Program-made: the position numbers and the translations under genes
Virus record (IMG/VR): IMGVR_UViG_3300010368_000009
Span: 1 to 64,000 of that record
Reading direction: 5' to 3' (one strand)
DNA length: 64,000 nucleotides
From: a virus
The notes under the pieces: generated by a model
What the model saw: the letters and a program-made list of their open reading frames with translations, nothing else
Database searches by the model: none
What the model was told of the DNA's origin: nothing
Part shown: one piece after another, positions 46,763-56,625 of the stretch
Layout: each line of letters starts with the position of its first letter
How positions within the stretch are numbered: the stretch's first letter is position 1

Positions 46763-47522
46763 TACTCATATTGCTTTCTGGGCCGGGTTTGAGTTTTTTA
46801 TATTTTATTTTACTGATGAACATATCAACGGTTAGTTGTTGTTTTTGCTTCTCGTTACCATTGCCTTTCACTATAAGTGATGGTTCCATTTTAAATTTAT
46901 TAATATATTGTTTGAACAGTTCGGAGATAGCTTTTCTTGCGAGCGTCATTATTTTGTCTTTTTCTATAACGGTTGGTTCAGAATAAGCTTGAACGATGAT
47001 CATGCAATCGTTGTTTAACATAGTTGCGGCTAGGGCAGCAATCTCTGACGCAGCGGCATTCTTGTTGAGTGCTTTAGCAACACTCTGCATATTCCGCTGA
47101 TTCATTTTTTCTATTTCGGCATCGGTCCATTTTATTAAGGCTTGAACTCCCCTCTCTTTCGCGGCAGCTTCTCTTTCGTCATTCTTGGCAGAACGCTCTT
47201 TTTGTTCTAGATCGGCCACGTTCATATTATTACCATGGGCTAGTTTTTTCTTTTTCAAACTTTTAATGGCGGCTGAATTACCGGGGTATAGGTTTTCGGT
47301 TTTCTCGATAACTTCGCCGGTCGCATCAATTGTAAGAACGCGTTTTTCTTTAGTGATGCCCTTAATTACCCATCCGGCATCGGATGTCTGTACTTCGTAG
47401 ATCGCAATGATGTTGTAACCAACGTCTAATAGGCGGGTGAATAGTGGAGTGTCATACATCATTGTTATGTTATCAATGCCGAAGAATTCTAACATTTCTC
47501 TTTGAGTGCTAAAGGTTTTCAT
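46749..47522 (-). CDS. Hypothetical protein
   Basis: 257 aa ORF. Confidence 0.65.
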   Translation of the reverse strand: MKTFSTQREMLEFFGIDNITMMYDTPLFTRLLDVGYNIIAIYEVQTSDAGWVIKGITKEKRVLTIDATGEVIEKTENLYPGNSAAIKSLKKKKLAHGNNMNVADLEQKERSAKNDEREAAAKERGVQALIKWTDAEIEKMNQRNMQSVAKALNKNAAASEIAALAATMLNNDCMIIVQAYSEPTVIEKDKIMTLARKAISELFKQYINKFKMEPSLIVKGNGNEKQKQQLTVDMFISKIKYKKLKPGPESNMSNEAQ

Positions 47523-47890
47523 TATCTTCCACCTGCTTTGACTACAACGGAGCGTTTCTTATTGAAGTTCTTATCAATATTATAAACATTACGACTGACC
47601 GCAAAATAGCACCCAAGGTAAACACCTTTAGGATCACTATCTATAAAGATTTGATCTGGAAAGGTTTCACCTTCCCCCCATATTTCTTTATATTTTTCAC
47701 TTAATGGGATTGCCATCACGTTTTTAGCACCGAATGCTGCAACGAGTGATGCTTCGTCGGCAAATGGCTTTAGTTCCGCCCGTGATAAGAATTTTTTAAT
47801 TTTACGACCAGCGGTCTTTACCATTTCTGGCATCTCATCAAGTTGTTCAGACTCGATGATCAATTTGATTTTTTGTTTTATTTCATCCAT
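47522..47890 (-). CDS. Hypothetical late protein (...LIIESEQLDE)
   Basis: CTAAATA upstream within a hairpin loop. Confidence 0.6.
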   Translation of the reverse strand: MDEIKQKIKLIIESEQLDEMPEMVKTAGRKIKKFLSRAELKPFADEASLVAAFGAKNVMAIPLSEKYKEIWGEGETFPDQIFIDSDPKGVYLGCYFAVSRNVYNIDKNFNKKRSVVVKAGGR

Positions 47891-47895
47891 AAGAA

Positions 47896-47939
47896 AAACA
47901 CCCGTTGCTTTTACTATTTAGTAAGCAACGGGTGTTTCG
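47896..47939 (-). terminator. Terminator hairpin with a late-promoter-like CTAAATA in its loop
   Basis: AAACACCCGTTGCTT...AAGCAACGGGTGTTT. Confidence 0.6.
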
Positions 47940-47944
47940 TGGTT

Positions 47945-48652
47945 CTAATATCCGAGTGCTTCTACACCAACTGGTTCACACTCTGGACCGGATATTTGAA
48001 ATGTCGATCCATTACTATTACGAATGAACAATGGACCTTCCCAATTTAGATATTCTTCCCATCCAGATTTCTCAGGAATGATAAGCTTTCTCTTCTTCAT
48101 CTTGTTTGCAAGATCGAAGTAATCGGGCTTGTATGGCTTATGAATCGGACCCTTCTTCCCAGATGGACCAACCCATGTTTCGCTGTTGCCTTTTTTGCGA
48201 TTACAAACATCACAAGCCGACACAATGTTATACCAATCGGTTCCACCGCCCTTTGAGCGAGGGATAACGTGGTCAAACGTCAATTCGGAACCAGAGAAAT
48301 GCTTACTGCAATACTGGCAGGTATAATTGTCTCGCAGGAAGATATTCTTCTTGCTAAACGGAAGTGTTTGTTCCGGCTTCTGATATTTCTTGACGGCCAC
48401 GATGGATGGCAGCGGAACAGAAATTGATGGTGACCTGATAGCCACGTTCTGATATTCCGCAACTACATCATACTTTTCCGTGATGACGCCAACCACAGCT
48501 TCGCGCCAACCGATAGCAGATATCGGAATTACGCTAAATGGGTTGTAATCGGCATTCAGAACAAGAATTCTGAAATGGTCAAGGTGACCAAGTTGTCCAG
48601 CAGTAGCAGCAAGGACTTCTTGATACGTCATCTTGTCAAACGGCAAGCTCAT
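47945..48652 (-). CDS. HNH endonuclease (McrA-like)
   Basis: LVLNADY, IFLRDNYTCQYC, TFDHVIPRSKGG, NIVSACDVCNRKKG. Confidence 0.9.
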   Translation of the reverse strand: MSLPFDKMTYQEVLAATAGQLGHLDHFRILVLNADYNPFSVIPISAIGWREAVVGVITEKYDVVAEYQNVAIRSPSISVPLPSIVAVKKYQKPEQTLPFSKKNIFLRDNYTCQYCSKHFSGSELTFDHVIPRSKGGGTDWYNIVSACDVCNRKKGNSETWVGPSGKKGPIHKPYKPDYFDLANKMKKRKLIIPEKSGWEEYLNWEGPLFIRNSNGSTFQISGPECEPVGVEALGY

Positions 48653-48749
48653 GATAATCTCCTATGCTTAAATTATATTTACACGGTGAAACTCTTCTTG
48701 TCAACCCGGTTGGTTATATGTATGATAAATCTAAGATGAGGATAATATT

Positions 48750-49109
48750 ATGAAAATGTATGCCATCGTTCTTAACGAAGCACTTGCTGTCATGGGTGAT
48801 AATCGTGGAAAGATTGCCGCCCAATGCGGACACGCGTTTGTTACGGTTGCCATGAAATGCAAATCCAGTGATCCGAAACGCTGGAAAGAATATGATGAAT
48901 CAAGCTATCATGGCAAAGTTGTATTGAAGGCTGATATGGAAGAAGTTCAATCTTTGATGGATGAACTTAAAGGCAAAGTACCGATGCAACTTATTCGTGA
49001 TGCTGGTCTAACTGTGTTTGATGGTCCTACAAATACTGTATTAGGCATCGGTCCTATTCGAGATAGTGAACAGCCTAAGAGCTTGAAAGAATTGAAGTTA
49101 CTCAGATAA
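48750..49109 (+). CDS. pth2: Peptidyl-tRNA hydrolase Pth2
   Basis: GKIAAQCGHA, KVVLKA, DAGLT, TVLGIGP; catalytic residues intact. Confidence 0.88.
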   Translation: MKMYAIVLNEALAVMGDNRGKIAAQCGHAFVTVAMKCKSSDPKRWKEYDESSYHGKVVLKADMEEVQSLMDELKGKVPMQLIRDAGLTVFDGPTNTVLGIGPIRDSEQPKSLKELKLLR

Positions 49110-49111
49110 CA

Positions 49112-51568
49112 TTAATCCCAGACGGAACTCATTTCATCGTGGAGTCTATTTTCGAAACTTTCTTTAGCAGCGTCTTCATCATGACCTGACCAACCGTGAT
49201 ATGGTTCATCAATATTAATAACTTTTTCATCGCTTCCATTGAATTCTGACAAATCTTCAAATCCGTGTTCAATCCAATGATCAGAAAAATATGCATCATT
49301 GAATACTTTTAATATATCTTTCTTCGGGAAGATAACCCATACTGTTGAATCAATGGAGTATTCCTTGGATAATGTTTTCATTGATATATCTTTCTTTTTA
49401 CCGGCATCTTTGTCTTGATACGGTTGTTCGTGGAACATAACGGTAGCCGACAACCCGCCCGATACAGGATGTTCAACACCGCCATTTAGTGCTGATCGAA
49501 GTGTTTCATAAACTTCATTCTCGGCACCGACGCTAGCATCATCCATCGCCGCCATATGTGCTGCTGCCTTAAACTCTTCAATGAATTCCAATGCAAAATC
49601 AATAACTAATCGCTTGTTATCCAGATCAACGCCTTCTTCTTCAACTTCATCTTCCATATTGGTTTTAATGTAGTCTAGTAGCTTCGCGTAATCTGCGTCA
49701 GTTATCCAATTTTCCACTTCCCATGAATCTGGTTCTTCCGCATAGTCACCACTATTGTGGAAGTCTTCGTCGCCGGTCACGACATCAATACAAAAGTTAG
49801 CAGTTCGGTTGCCATATTTTCCAACATAATCTTTAACCGTGTCACCAGATTCATATTTAAGATAGTAATAATCTGCATCAAAGCTTTCGAGATTTTCCCA
49901 ACCGATACCTGTTTCGTCGGCCACTTTTTCAAAACGGGCCATTGCAACCTTTGAATCGGTTCCAAGCATGTCCACATATGTTTCAACTCTTATAGCTTCG
50001 GGTTTACGTTTCAATATAAGTGCCTTGGCTTCATCCGGTAATGCGTTTGCTTTGGAAATAGAAATTCGGCTTTCTTCTTCTTCCCATTCTTCCAGTGCGT
50101 CCAGTGATTTCTGAAAACCCTCAGACATTGGACCAAACAATCTAGCACTATCAGAAATATCGAGCAAATCTGGTCGCATCGTTTTGATGTAATCAATGTC
50201 ATTCTCGGTGTATATACGTGATGGTTTCTCGAAACCGCCCTTGCGTTGAAGGAACTGGATGAATCTTAGAAATTCGTCTTGTCTATTAAGACCAAGAACC
50301 CATTTCTTCATTTCTTCGGATTTCAATCCAAAGACTCGCTCGATGGTATACATGTCCAAGAATTCAGGCTTTAGTGCGTAAGCCTTCTTCACCGTATCTG
50401 GTTCAAGTTTGGGTACTAGTTTAAGGAATGATCCCTTATCGGTTAGCTTCTTGATATATTCCCAGAAGTCTTCCGTTCCTTCTTTGAAATAATCTAATAC
50501 ACGATCTGGTTCAATTAGATTAGGTTTCATCTTGGCTAAGGTTCGTGCCTGTGCTTCTGGTAGATCACTAAGGGTGAAGTTTGTCGCAGCACTATAACCA
50601 CCGCCTACGATGCCCTCGACATAATCAGATTCCAGAAGCTTTGCAATATATTTGTGATATTTGGAATCTGGTTTTGCGTTTCCGAAACCCTTCATTTCGT
50701 AGAGAACTTTATCTTTGGTCATGAAGGTGGCAACTGGTTTCAACCATTCTTTGCCTTTACGTTTGACCATTTCCCGCAATGAGTAAACAGTTCCGCCCGT
50801 TCCAGATGTTCTTGGATCAGTGCAACAATGTCGCATTGTTCGACCTTCATCACGACTGCTGCCAGTTTGAAGATCATACCAAGCAAAACCATCATTGAAA
50901 TCAATGAGTACTTTAATGTTGTCGGTCATTTGACTGATCAGGATGTACCGGTCATCGGCACCCATTTCCTGTGTCCACTTGGTTTCCAATGAGCGTAAAT
51001 CAATCAATGCGGTTTCCCATGATCGACCTGTGACGTTGTACTGGTCGATTGGTGGATATTCTAAACTAGCATAATGAATAAGCTGATCACGCAACGAGGT
51101 CCAATTTCCAATTCGATCACCCGGTGACCAATCGAAGTTACCAGATTTACCGCGTTTCAAACCAAGTACTCTTTGTATTTGTGCTTCGGTGTTCCCCAAT
51201 GCCATTACTTTAGCAACATACGTGTTGATAATTTTGAACACCGCTGAACCATGTGGCCATTCAATATGAAGATTGCTGATTATAGATTGAAATACTTCAG
51301 CCGCGATGAGTGGTCTATATATCAGTAACAACCATGATGCCCGATCACTGCGGTTGATACCTTGAATTATGGTGGTGATGCTTATTCGAACTAACTTTCC
51401 TACTTTTTTCTTTGTGGTCGCCCGGTCTTCTATTCTGAATACTTCATCCGGGTAACTGTCAAGTTCAGCATTGAACGTTTCAATGAATGCAGAGAACATG
51501 TTGACGTAGTTCTGCCTATTCTTTTCGAGAAGCAGTTCGTCTTCAAATAATTTCATCAATATGGACAT
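49112..51568 (-). CDS. Large acidic late protein, probably virion-internal (MSILMKLFE; PcfJ-like segment)
   Basis: EGRTMRHC...YSLR...EMKGFGNAKP; TAAATA motifs upstream. Confidence 0.6.
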   Translation of the reverse strand: MSILMKLFEDELLLEKNRQNYVNMFSAFIETFNAELDSYPDEVFRIEDRATTKKKVGKLVRISITTIIQGINRSDRASWLLLIYRPLIAAEVFQSIISNLHIEWPHGSAVFKIINTYVAKVMALGNTEAQIQRVLGLKRGKSGNFDWSPGDRIGNWTSLRDQLIHYASLEYPPIDQYNVTGRSWETALIDLRSLETKWTQEMGADDRYILISQMTDNIKVLIDFNDGFAWYDLQTGSSRDEGRTMRHCCTDPRTSGTGGTVYSLREMVKRKGKEWLKPVATFMTKDKVLYEMKGFGNAKPDSKYHKYIAKLLESDYVEGIVGGGYSAATNFTLSDLPEAQARTLAKMKPNLIEPDRVLDYFKEGTEDFWEYIKKLTDKGSFLKLVPKLEPDTVKKAYALKPEFLDMYTIERVFGLKSEEMKKWVLGLNRQDEFLRFIQFLQRKGGFEKPSRIYTENDIDYIKTMRPDLLDISDSARLFGPMSEGFQKSLDALEEWEEEESRISISKANALPDEAKALILKRKPEAIRVETYVDMLGTDSKVAMARFEKVADETGIGWENLESFDADYYYLKYESGDTVKDYVGKYGNRTANFCIDVVTGDEDFHNSGDYAEEPDSWEVENWITDADYAKLLDYIKTNMEDEVEEEGVDLDNKRLVIDFALEFIEEFKAAAHMAAMDDASVGAENEVYETLRSALNGGVEHPVSGGLSATVMFHEQPYQDKDAGKKKDISMKTLSKEYSIDSTVWVIFPKKDILKVFNDAYFSDHWIEHGFEDLSEFNGSDEKVINIDEPYHGWSGHDEDAAKESFENRLHDEMSSVWD

Positions 51569-51691
51569 GTTTCTATTTACCGGTATTTATTATTATATTG
51601 CTTTCTTGAAAGCTTCATGTGTTCAAACACGTTTTTGTTGAAATATTCTCTGGCGGCGTCCTCATCAAATCCATTTTTATCTAACGACATA

Positions 51692-52027
51692 TTATGCTGC
51701 CCAAGTCACCACTGAATCATTTGATGAACCAGCCGTTCGTTGAATTACCCAAATTGGAATCGGTGAAACTTCAACAATTGCGGTTGCAGTATAAGATGCC
51801 ATTTCAATCCATGCGTCAGCCGCAAGATATTTTCCGTATAGTTTTAATGTGTCACCACTACCAACGACGACCTGAAGTCTAATCTTTGATCCACTGTCCC
51901 GGCCACGCCAAACCCGGTATCCGTCACCAAATCCATCTGCGTGAGTGTCATCGCCAGTAACAACGGAACCATATCCGCTGCCGTCTTCGGTTGCTGTAGT
52001 GTATACATCATAAGCGGTAATAGCCAT
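51692..52027 (-). CDS. Small beta-rich late protein, putative virion component
   Basis: GAGG RBS; ATAAATA upstream. Confidence 0.55.
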   Translation of the reverse strand: MAITAYDVYTTATEDGSGYGSVVTGDDTHADGFGDGYRVWRGRDSGSKIRLQVVVGSGDTLKLYGKYLAADAWIEMASYTATAIVEVSPIPIWVIQRTAGSSNDSVVTWAA

Positions 52028-52143
52028 TAATTTAATCCTCGGTAATCTATAGTTATATTATTTATCCCCCTTCACCATAATGATTGACATAGGATGATGC
52101 GTGTGGTAGCTTAATGTTTGAATTTATCTTTTGGAGAATACCA

Positions 52144-52347
52144 ATGGCCAAACTTCCCTTCCGCACAAAGCGATATATTGTTCTAGCTCCTCATGGTGGT
52201 GGAATGATTAATGCTATCGGTGATACAATCTCTCGCGCACATGAAAATGCTATTCATGAACTTGGTAATCAATTTACAGTTGACAAACTGAATTCTTACG
52301 GTTATCGTACAATTGAAGTTGAGCTAGTCGAAGTGACTCGCAAATAA
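52144..52347 (+). CDS. Hypothetical protein
   Basis: TTGACA promoter, GGAG RBS. Confidence 0.55.
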   Translation: MAKLPFRTKRYIVLAPHGGGMINAIGDTISRAHENAIHELGNQFTVDKLNSYGYRTIEVELVEVTRK

Positions 52348-52370
52348 CAATATAACCGGGGTGATATATT

Positions 52371-54539
52371 ATGAGAGTTTCACAGGTTGAACGCAAAGTT
52401 GAAATTACTGGTGCGGTTTCGCAAGAGCAATTCACTATTGCGATGAATGCCAAGATGTTCGAAATGCTTTCTAAGAAAGTGTACGAGCGTCCAGCCGAAG
52501 CAGTTCTTCGCGAAATTTGTGCAAACGCATATGACTCCAATCGTGAAGCCGGTAATGGTGATGAGCCAATTACTGTTGTGATGCCAACCCTACTGGTTCC
52601 TGTTCTTCGGGTTCGTGATAATGGTCTTGGTATGTCGCATGATTTTGTTATGCGTAACTATACCAAGTATGGTGAATCCACTAAGGATGGTTCGGACGAA
52701 TCAATTGGTGGCTTCGGTCTTGGTTGTAAATCCCCCTTTGCTGTCACCGATACATTCACCGTAATCTCACGCCACGAAGGTGTTCAACGCACCTATACCG
52801 CAGTGATCGGCACCACTGGTTTCCCAACAATCAATTGTCTGGATGAACATCCTACAGATGAACGCAATGGTGTTGAAGTCATCGTTCCTTGTTCGGATGA
52901 TATGCTTCGTAAATTCACGGAAGCCGCCCCAAAGGTTTTCGAATATTATGATGTGATGCCGACCTTCAAGAATTATGATGCTCGTCAAATTAATCAACTT
53001 CGTGAACAACTGCTTCTCGATACCGATACACTCACGATGTATAAGAACAATAATTATTATCGCGAGAGTTCGCTTCGTATTCAGATGGGTATTGTGGGTT
53101 ATCCGGTTGAACTGGGTGAAATGGATATTTCACGTGATGTTAGAGACTTCATTTCGAACCTGCGTCTTACCCTGAAGCTGCCAATCGGTTCCGTTCCGTT
53201 GGCACCATCACGCGAACGTTTGAATTATGATAATGAAACTATCAAGTTGCTGGCCGACGCGCTTAACGATGCTCGCCAAGAAATTCTTGATTATTATTTG
53301 GAGCCGGTTCACTCGATCAGTGAATATTACGAAGCTTGTTGTGCATTTATCAAGGTTCGCGAAAACCTTCCGTTTTTGCCTTCTGAGTATACTCATGGTG
53401 ATCGCACTCTGAGAACAGCGACGACATTCACCTTTAATAAGAAACGTGGATTTTCGGTTATCAAAGCTGGCCGCAGTGAATTGTATAATGGTCGTATGCC
53501 TCGTGCTACCAATGATAATCGCGTGAATATCGCGTATGATCCTAAAACCATTTTCGTTATCGATGATGTTTATCGGTGTCATGCTCGTGCAGAACGAATC
53601 GAGCGTGCCTGTCGTGATCATACGACTGTTGTTATTCTATCCAGTTCGCGTCTGAACCACGATAATCACGATACTGTTTCTCATGCATTGGATGTTGAAC
53701 TTCAAGATATCTTCCGTCAAATCGGATATCCAAATGAAGATCAATTCTGTATTCTTTCAGAAACTGAAGAGGTTGAAAAACACCGAAACAATACTGGTGG
53801 ATGGCGTACATCTGTTGGTGGCATTCGTCTCGCCACTGAACGGTTCCGTGCTAAACCAAGAGCTGTTAGTAATAATGATGGTGTATTGAGCGCCACGACT
53901 GAACCAAAGGAAGATGATGAAGGCAATCTTCTTCTTCCAGCGGATGCTCTGTACGTTAATATGTCACGTGGTAAGCCAACCATTCAAGAATCGGTTATCT
54001 ACCAGTTCGTGATGAATGATCCGCGTCCACTTTATTTTATTCCGAAAACTCTGATTAAGAAGATTCCAGAATCTTGGAAGCCTTTGGAAAGCGTTGTTGA
54101 TGGGATTGTGGACAAGGTTCGTGTTTCATCATATATTAAGTTGAAGAAGTTGTATGATAATCAGAAATTATCACATGGTGCACTTTACAAATTGATGAAT
54201 AATAAAAACACACCAACGCGTAATCGAATTCTTGCGTTCGTTGAAAAATATCCAGAGAATCAACTTTCACAACTGATTAAAATGTATCAACGCGCTCATA
54301 CTCATAAGGCCAACGCGCATATTGATGCCGTCATCACTTATAAGCATGTGCCACTGGTTAACAGTATTGAATTTCGTACCACCAAAAAGGTTAACACCTT
54401 GTTCGCCGGGTTTGAGCATGCTCATTACCTGTTGTTCCGGGCGATCACATCTTTGGGTGAAAACACTTATAGTTCGTCGCACAAGCAACAAGCATATAAA
54501 ATGATTGACAACGTATTAGACACCGTATACGGTGTCTAA
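52371..54539 (+). CDS. rIIA: rIIA protein
   Basis: GHKL-like N-terminus (REICANAYDS, RDNGLGMS, YGESTK, IGGFGLGCKSPFA); adjacent to rIIB. Confidence 0.88.
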   Translation: MRVSQVERKVEITGAVSQEQFTIAMNAKMFEMLSKKVYERPAEAVLREICANAYDSNREAGNGDEPITVVMPTLLVPVLRVRDNGLGMSHDFVMRNYTKYGESTKDGSDESIGGFGLGCKSPFAVTDTFTVISRHEGVQRTYTAVIGTTGFPTINCLDEHPTDERNGVEVIVPCSDDMLRKFTEAAPKVFEYYDVMPTFKNYDARQINQLREQLLLDTDTLTMYKNNNYYRESSLRIQMGIVGYPVELGEMDISRDVRDFISNLRLTLKLPIGSVPLAPSRERLNYDNETIKLLADALNDARQEILDYYLEPVHSISEYYEACCAFIKVRENLPFLPSEYTHGDRTLRTATTFTFNKKRGFSVIKAGRSELYNGRMPRATNDNRVNIAYDPKTIFVIDDVYRCHARAERIERACRDHTTVVILSSSRLNHDNHDTVSHALDVELQDIFRQIGYPNEDQFCILSETEEVEKHRNNTGGWRTSVGGIRLATERFRAKPRAVSNNDGVLSATTEPKEDDEGNLLLPADALYVNMSRGKPTIQESVIYQFVMNDPRPLYFIPKTLIKKIPESWKPLESVVDGIVDKVRVSSYIKLKKLYDNQKLSHGALYKLMNNKNTPTRNRILAFVEKYPENQLSQLIKMYQRAHTHKANAHIDAVITYKHVPLVNSIEFRTTKKVNTLFAGFEHAHYLLFRAITSLGENTYSSSHKQQAYKMIDNVLDTVYGV

Positions 54540-54559
54540 TATACCTTGGGAGAATAAAA

Positions 54560-55888
54560 ATGATTATGCGTCCACCTATTGTTCAATCTGGCGAAACCAT
54601 TACCGTTTATGTTGATGGCTTGCCTGAAACGATCAACCGCGACCATTCCAATTGGGAACGCGTGAAGCAAGCCATTCGTGATGAACAATGGGATCAACTG
54701 GTTCCATTGATGAACATCCCGAAAGGACTGGTTCAATATAGTGAAGGCAACATCACGATTGTTGATGATGTGTTCCTTTTCCGTGGCATTGAAGTTGCGG
54801 ATTATCTCGTCACGAAGATCATGGAAATGTTTCATGATAAGATGCCTATCCAGCCAATGGTTCGGTATTTTGAAAACCTGATGACCAATCCGAACCCGGA
54901 AGCACGCAAAGACCAATTCAAATGGTTGGAAGCTGGCAACATGCCGATCACCGATGATGGTTATGTCATCGGGTACAAGTATGTTGATGAAAACTACAAG
55001 TCTTGTCACAACGGCGTTTGGGAACTGAAGGGTGGCAAGGATTGGATTCTCAATACTGGTCGGTATTATGATCACGTTATTGGTTCCATTGTTACCATGC
55101 CACGTGAAAAGTGTGATGAAAACAGCCGCGCTACCTGTTCGACTGGTCTTCACTTCTGTTCGTTCTCGTATCTGAACTCTGGATATACGAAGTCCAAACG
55201 AATTGTTCTGGTCAAGATCAATCCGCGTGACATTGTTGCGGTTCCAGCCGATTATTCATTCGCCAAGGCTCGGTGCTGTGAATATGAAGTTATTACTGAA
55301 ATCGATGTTCAAGAACACGGTGATATTCTGGCCGGGAAGCGTGTTGTTCGTGCTTCGCAAAAGATTACCACTCTTGATGATCTGATCTTCTCGCCAACAC
55401 CGGCAGCTGTCGAAACTGATGCAGAGCGTCATGATCGTATTCTTGAAGAAGAGGAAGATGAACTTTATGAGGATCAATACAGTCTTCATGAAGATCATGT
55501 TGATTTTGATCGTGACGATGACGATGAAGACGTTGATGATGGTGAAACTGAAACCTTCTACCATGAAGCAACGGATCAACGGTTCACTGCGGCTGAAGTA
55601 TTGAACCTGTTGAGCAAATATGGTTCACAAGGTGCGGTTGCCCGTGAAACTTGTATTCCTCGATCAACGTTTGGTGGATGGTTGAACAAGATTACGGAAG
55701 ATCGCGAATCATCTTCTGAAGTTCAACTTTCGTTTTTCCACGAAGGCACCAACCAAACCTTTACGGCACAAGGGGTTCTTGACCTGCTGTCCGCTCATGG
55801 TTCACAGGGTGCAGTTGAACGCAACATCGGTATTCCTCGATCCACTCTTCGTGGATGGTTGAACCGGATAGAAGCAGCCAACGGCTAA
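54560..55888 (+). CDS. rIIB: rIIB protein with C-terminal tandem HTH repeats
   Basis: NLMTNPN, ITDDGYVIGYK, MPREKCD, TCSTGLHFC, VKINPRDIVAVP, KARCCEY. Confidence 0.9.
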   Translation: MIMRPPIVQSGETITVYVDGLPETINRDHSNWERVKQAIRDEQWDQLVPLMNIPKGLVQYSEGNITIVDDVFLFRGIEVADYLVTKIMEMFHDKMPIQPMVRYFENLMTNPNPEARKDQFKWLEAGNMPITDDGYVIGYKYVDENYKSCHNGVWELKGGKDWILNTGRYYDHVIGSIVTMPREKCDENSRATCSTGLHFCSFSYLNSGYTKSKRIVLVKINPRDIVAVPADYSFAKARCCEYEVITEIDVQEHGDILAGKRVVRASQKITTLDDLIFSPTPAAVETDAERHDRILEEEEDELYEDQYSLHEDHVDFDRDDDDEDVDDGETETFYHEATDQRFTAAEVLNLLSKYGSQGAVARETCIPRSTFGGWLNKITEDRESSSEVQLSFFHEGTNQTFTAQGVLDLLSAHGSQGAVERNIGIPRSTLRGWLNRIEAANG

Positions 55889-55924
55889 CGTTCCCCCAGA
55901 CGTTATGTTGACGGTTGCATCGGA

Positions 55925-55958
55925 GAATGGCTCTTGGAAACAAGGGCCATTCTTTTTA
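55925..55958 (+). terminator. Intrinsic terminator
   Basis: GAATGGCTCTTG-gaaa-CAAGGGCCATTC followed by a T tract. Confidence 0.75.
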
Positions 55959-56017
55959 TGTAAACTTTGAAATATTTTTATTGACTCTATTGGTGATTTG
56001 CCTATAAGTAACATGAT

Positions 56018-56093
56018 GCGGATGTAGCTCAGTTGGCAGAGCGACAGATTTCCAATCTGTATGTCGTCGGTTCGAACCCGTCCATCCGCTCCA
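56018..56093 (+). tRNA. tRNA-Gly(TCC)
   Basis: Loop TTTCCAA, GCGGATG acceptor, TCCA end. Confidence 0.93.
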
Positions 56094-56099
56094 AGATTT

Positions 56100-56177
56100 G
56101 GTGCTGTAGCTCAGTTGGGAGAGCGCCACGCTCATAACGTGGGTCAGTCATCGGTTCGAGTCCGATCAGCACTACCA
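56100..56177 (+). tRNA. tRNA-CAT (elongator Met or Ile2)
   Basis: Loop CTCATAA, canonical arms, ACCA end. Confidence 0.9.
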
Positions 56178-56350
56178 ATTCCATCGAAAGATGGAAACAT
56201 TAACTTGCGGTTGCTACAGTTCCTCACCTGAAGAGATAGGCCGGTAGCATTAAATTAAATGGATGCGTTCAGCCGTATTTTATACTTGACTTATAGAAAT
56301 TCAACCTGTATACAGATAATACAGAAACAACATACAAGGTAATAAACATC

Positions 56351-56497
56351 ATGGCAAAGCACGCATCTGGTAATACTCATGTCGTTGGTGTACGTAAGCG
56401 CACCAGCATTGGTAACTCCTTCCGTTCGGGCGACAAGTCCAAGAATGCGAAAAGCCGTAATGGTTCTCGCTTCACACGTGGTCAAGGTCGTCCGTGA
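56351..56497 (+). CDS. 48-aa basic peptide ending RGQGRP (not in the ORF track)
   Basis: Own TTGACT promoter and AAGG RBS; MAKHASGNTHVVGVRKRTSIGNSFRSGDKSKNAKSRNGSRFTRGQGRP. Confidence 0.65.
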   Translation: MAKHASGNTHVVGVRKRTSIGNSFRSGDKSKNAKSRNGSRFTRGQGRP

Positions 56498-56516
56498 ATA
56501 AAATGCAGTAACGGGG

Positions 56517-56625
56517 TTGACTTTATATAGATCGCCCTGTATAGTATAAATCATCGGCGGGGAGTTACTTCCTAGTAACTCCCCGCCGAAAGAATTGAAT
56601 GCTCTTTGACATTGTTGTGTGAAGC
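56517..56625 (+). promoter_or_regulatory. Promoter followed by an rrn-like antitermination leader (boxB hairpin, boxA, GT-rich boxC-like)
   Basis: TTGACT-17-TATAGT; perfect 16-bp hairpin at 56554-56589; TGCTCTTTGACA at 56600-56611. Confidence 0.65.

Noticed and set aside
54536-55153. 205-aa minus-strand ORF
   Set aside because: Antisense shadow of rIIB
56180-56250. Hammerhead ribozyme or glycine riboswitch (GAAA ... CTGAAGAG)
   Set aside because: Required stems I and III and other conserved nucleotides could not be built
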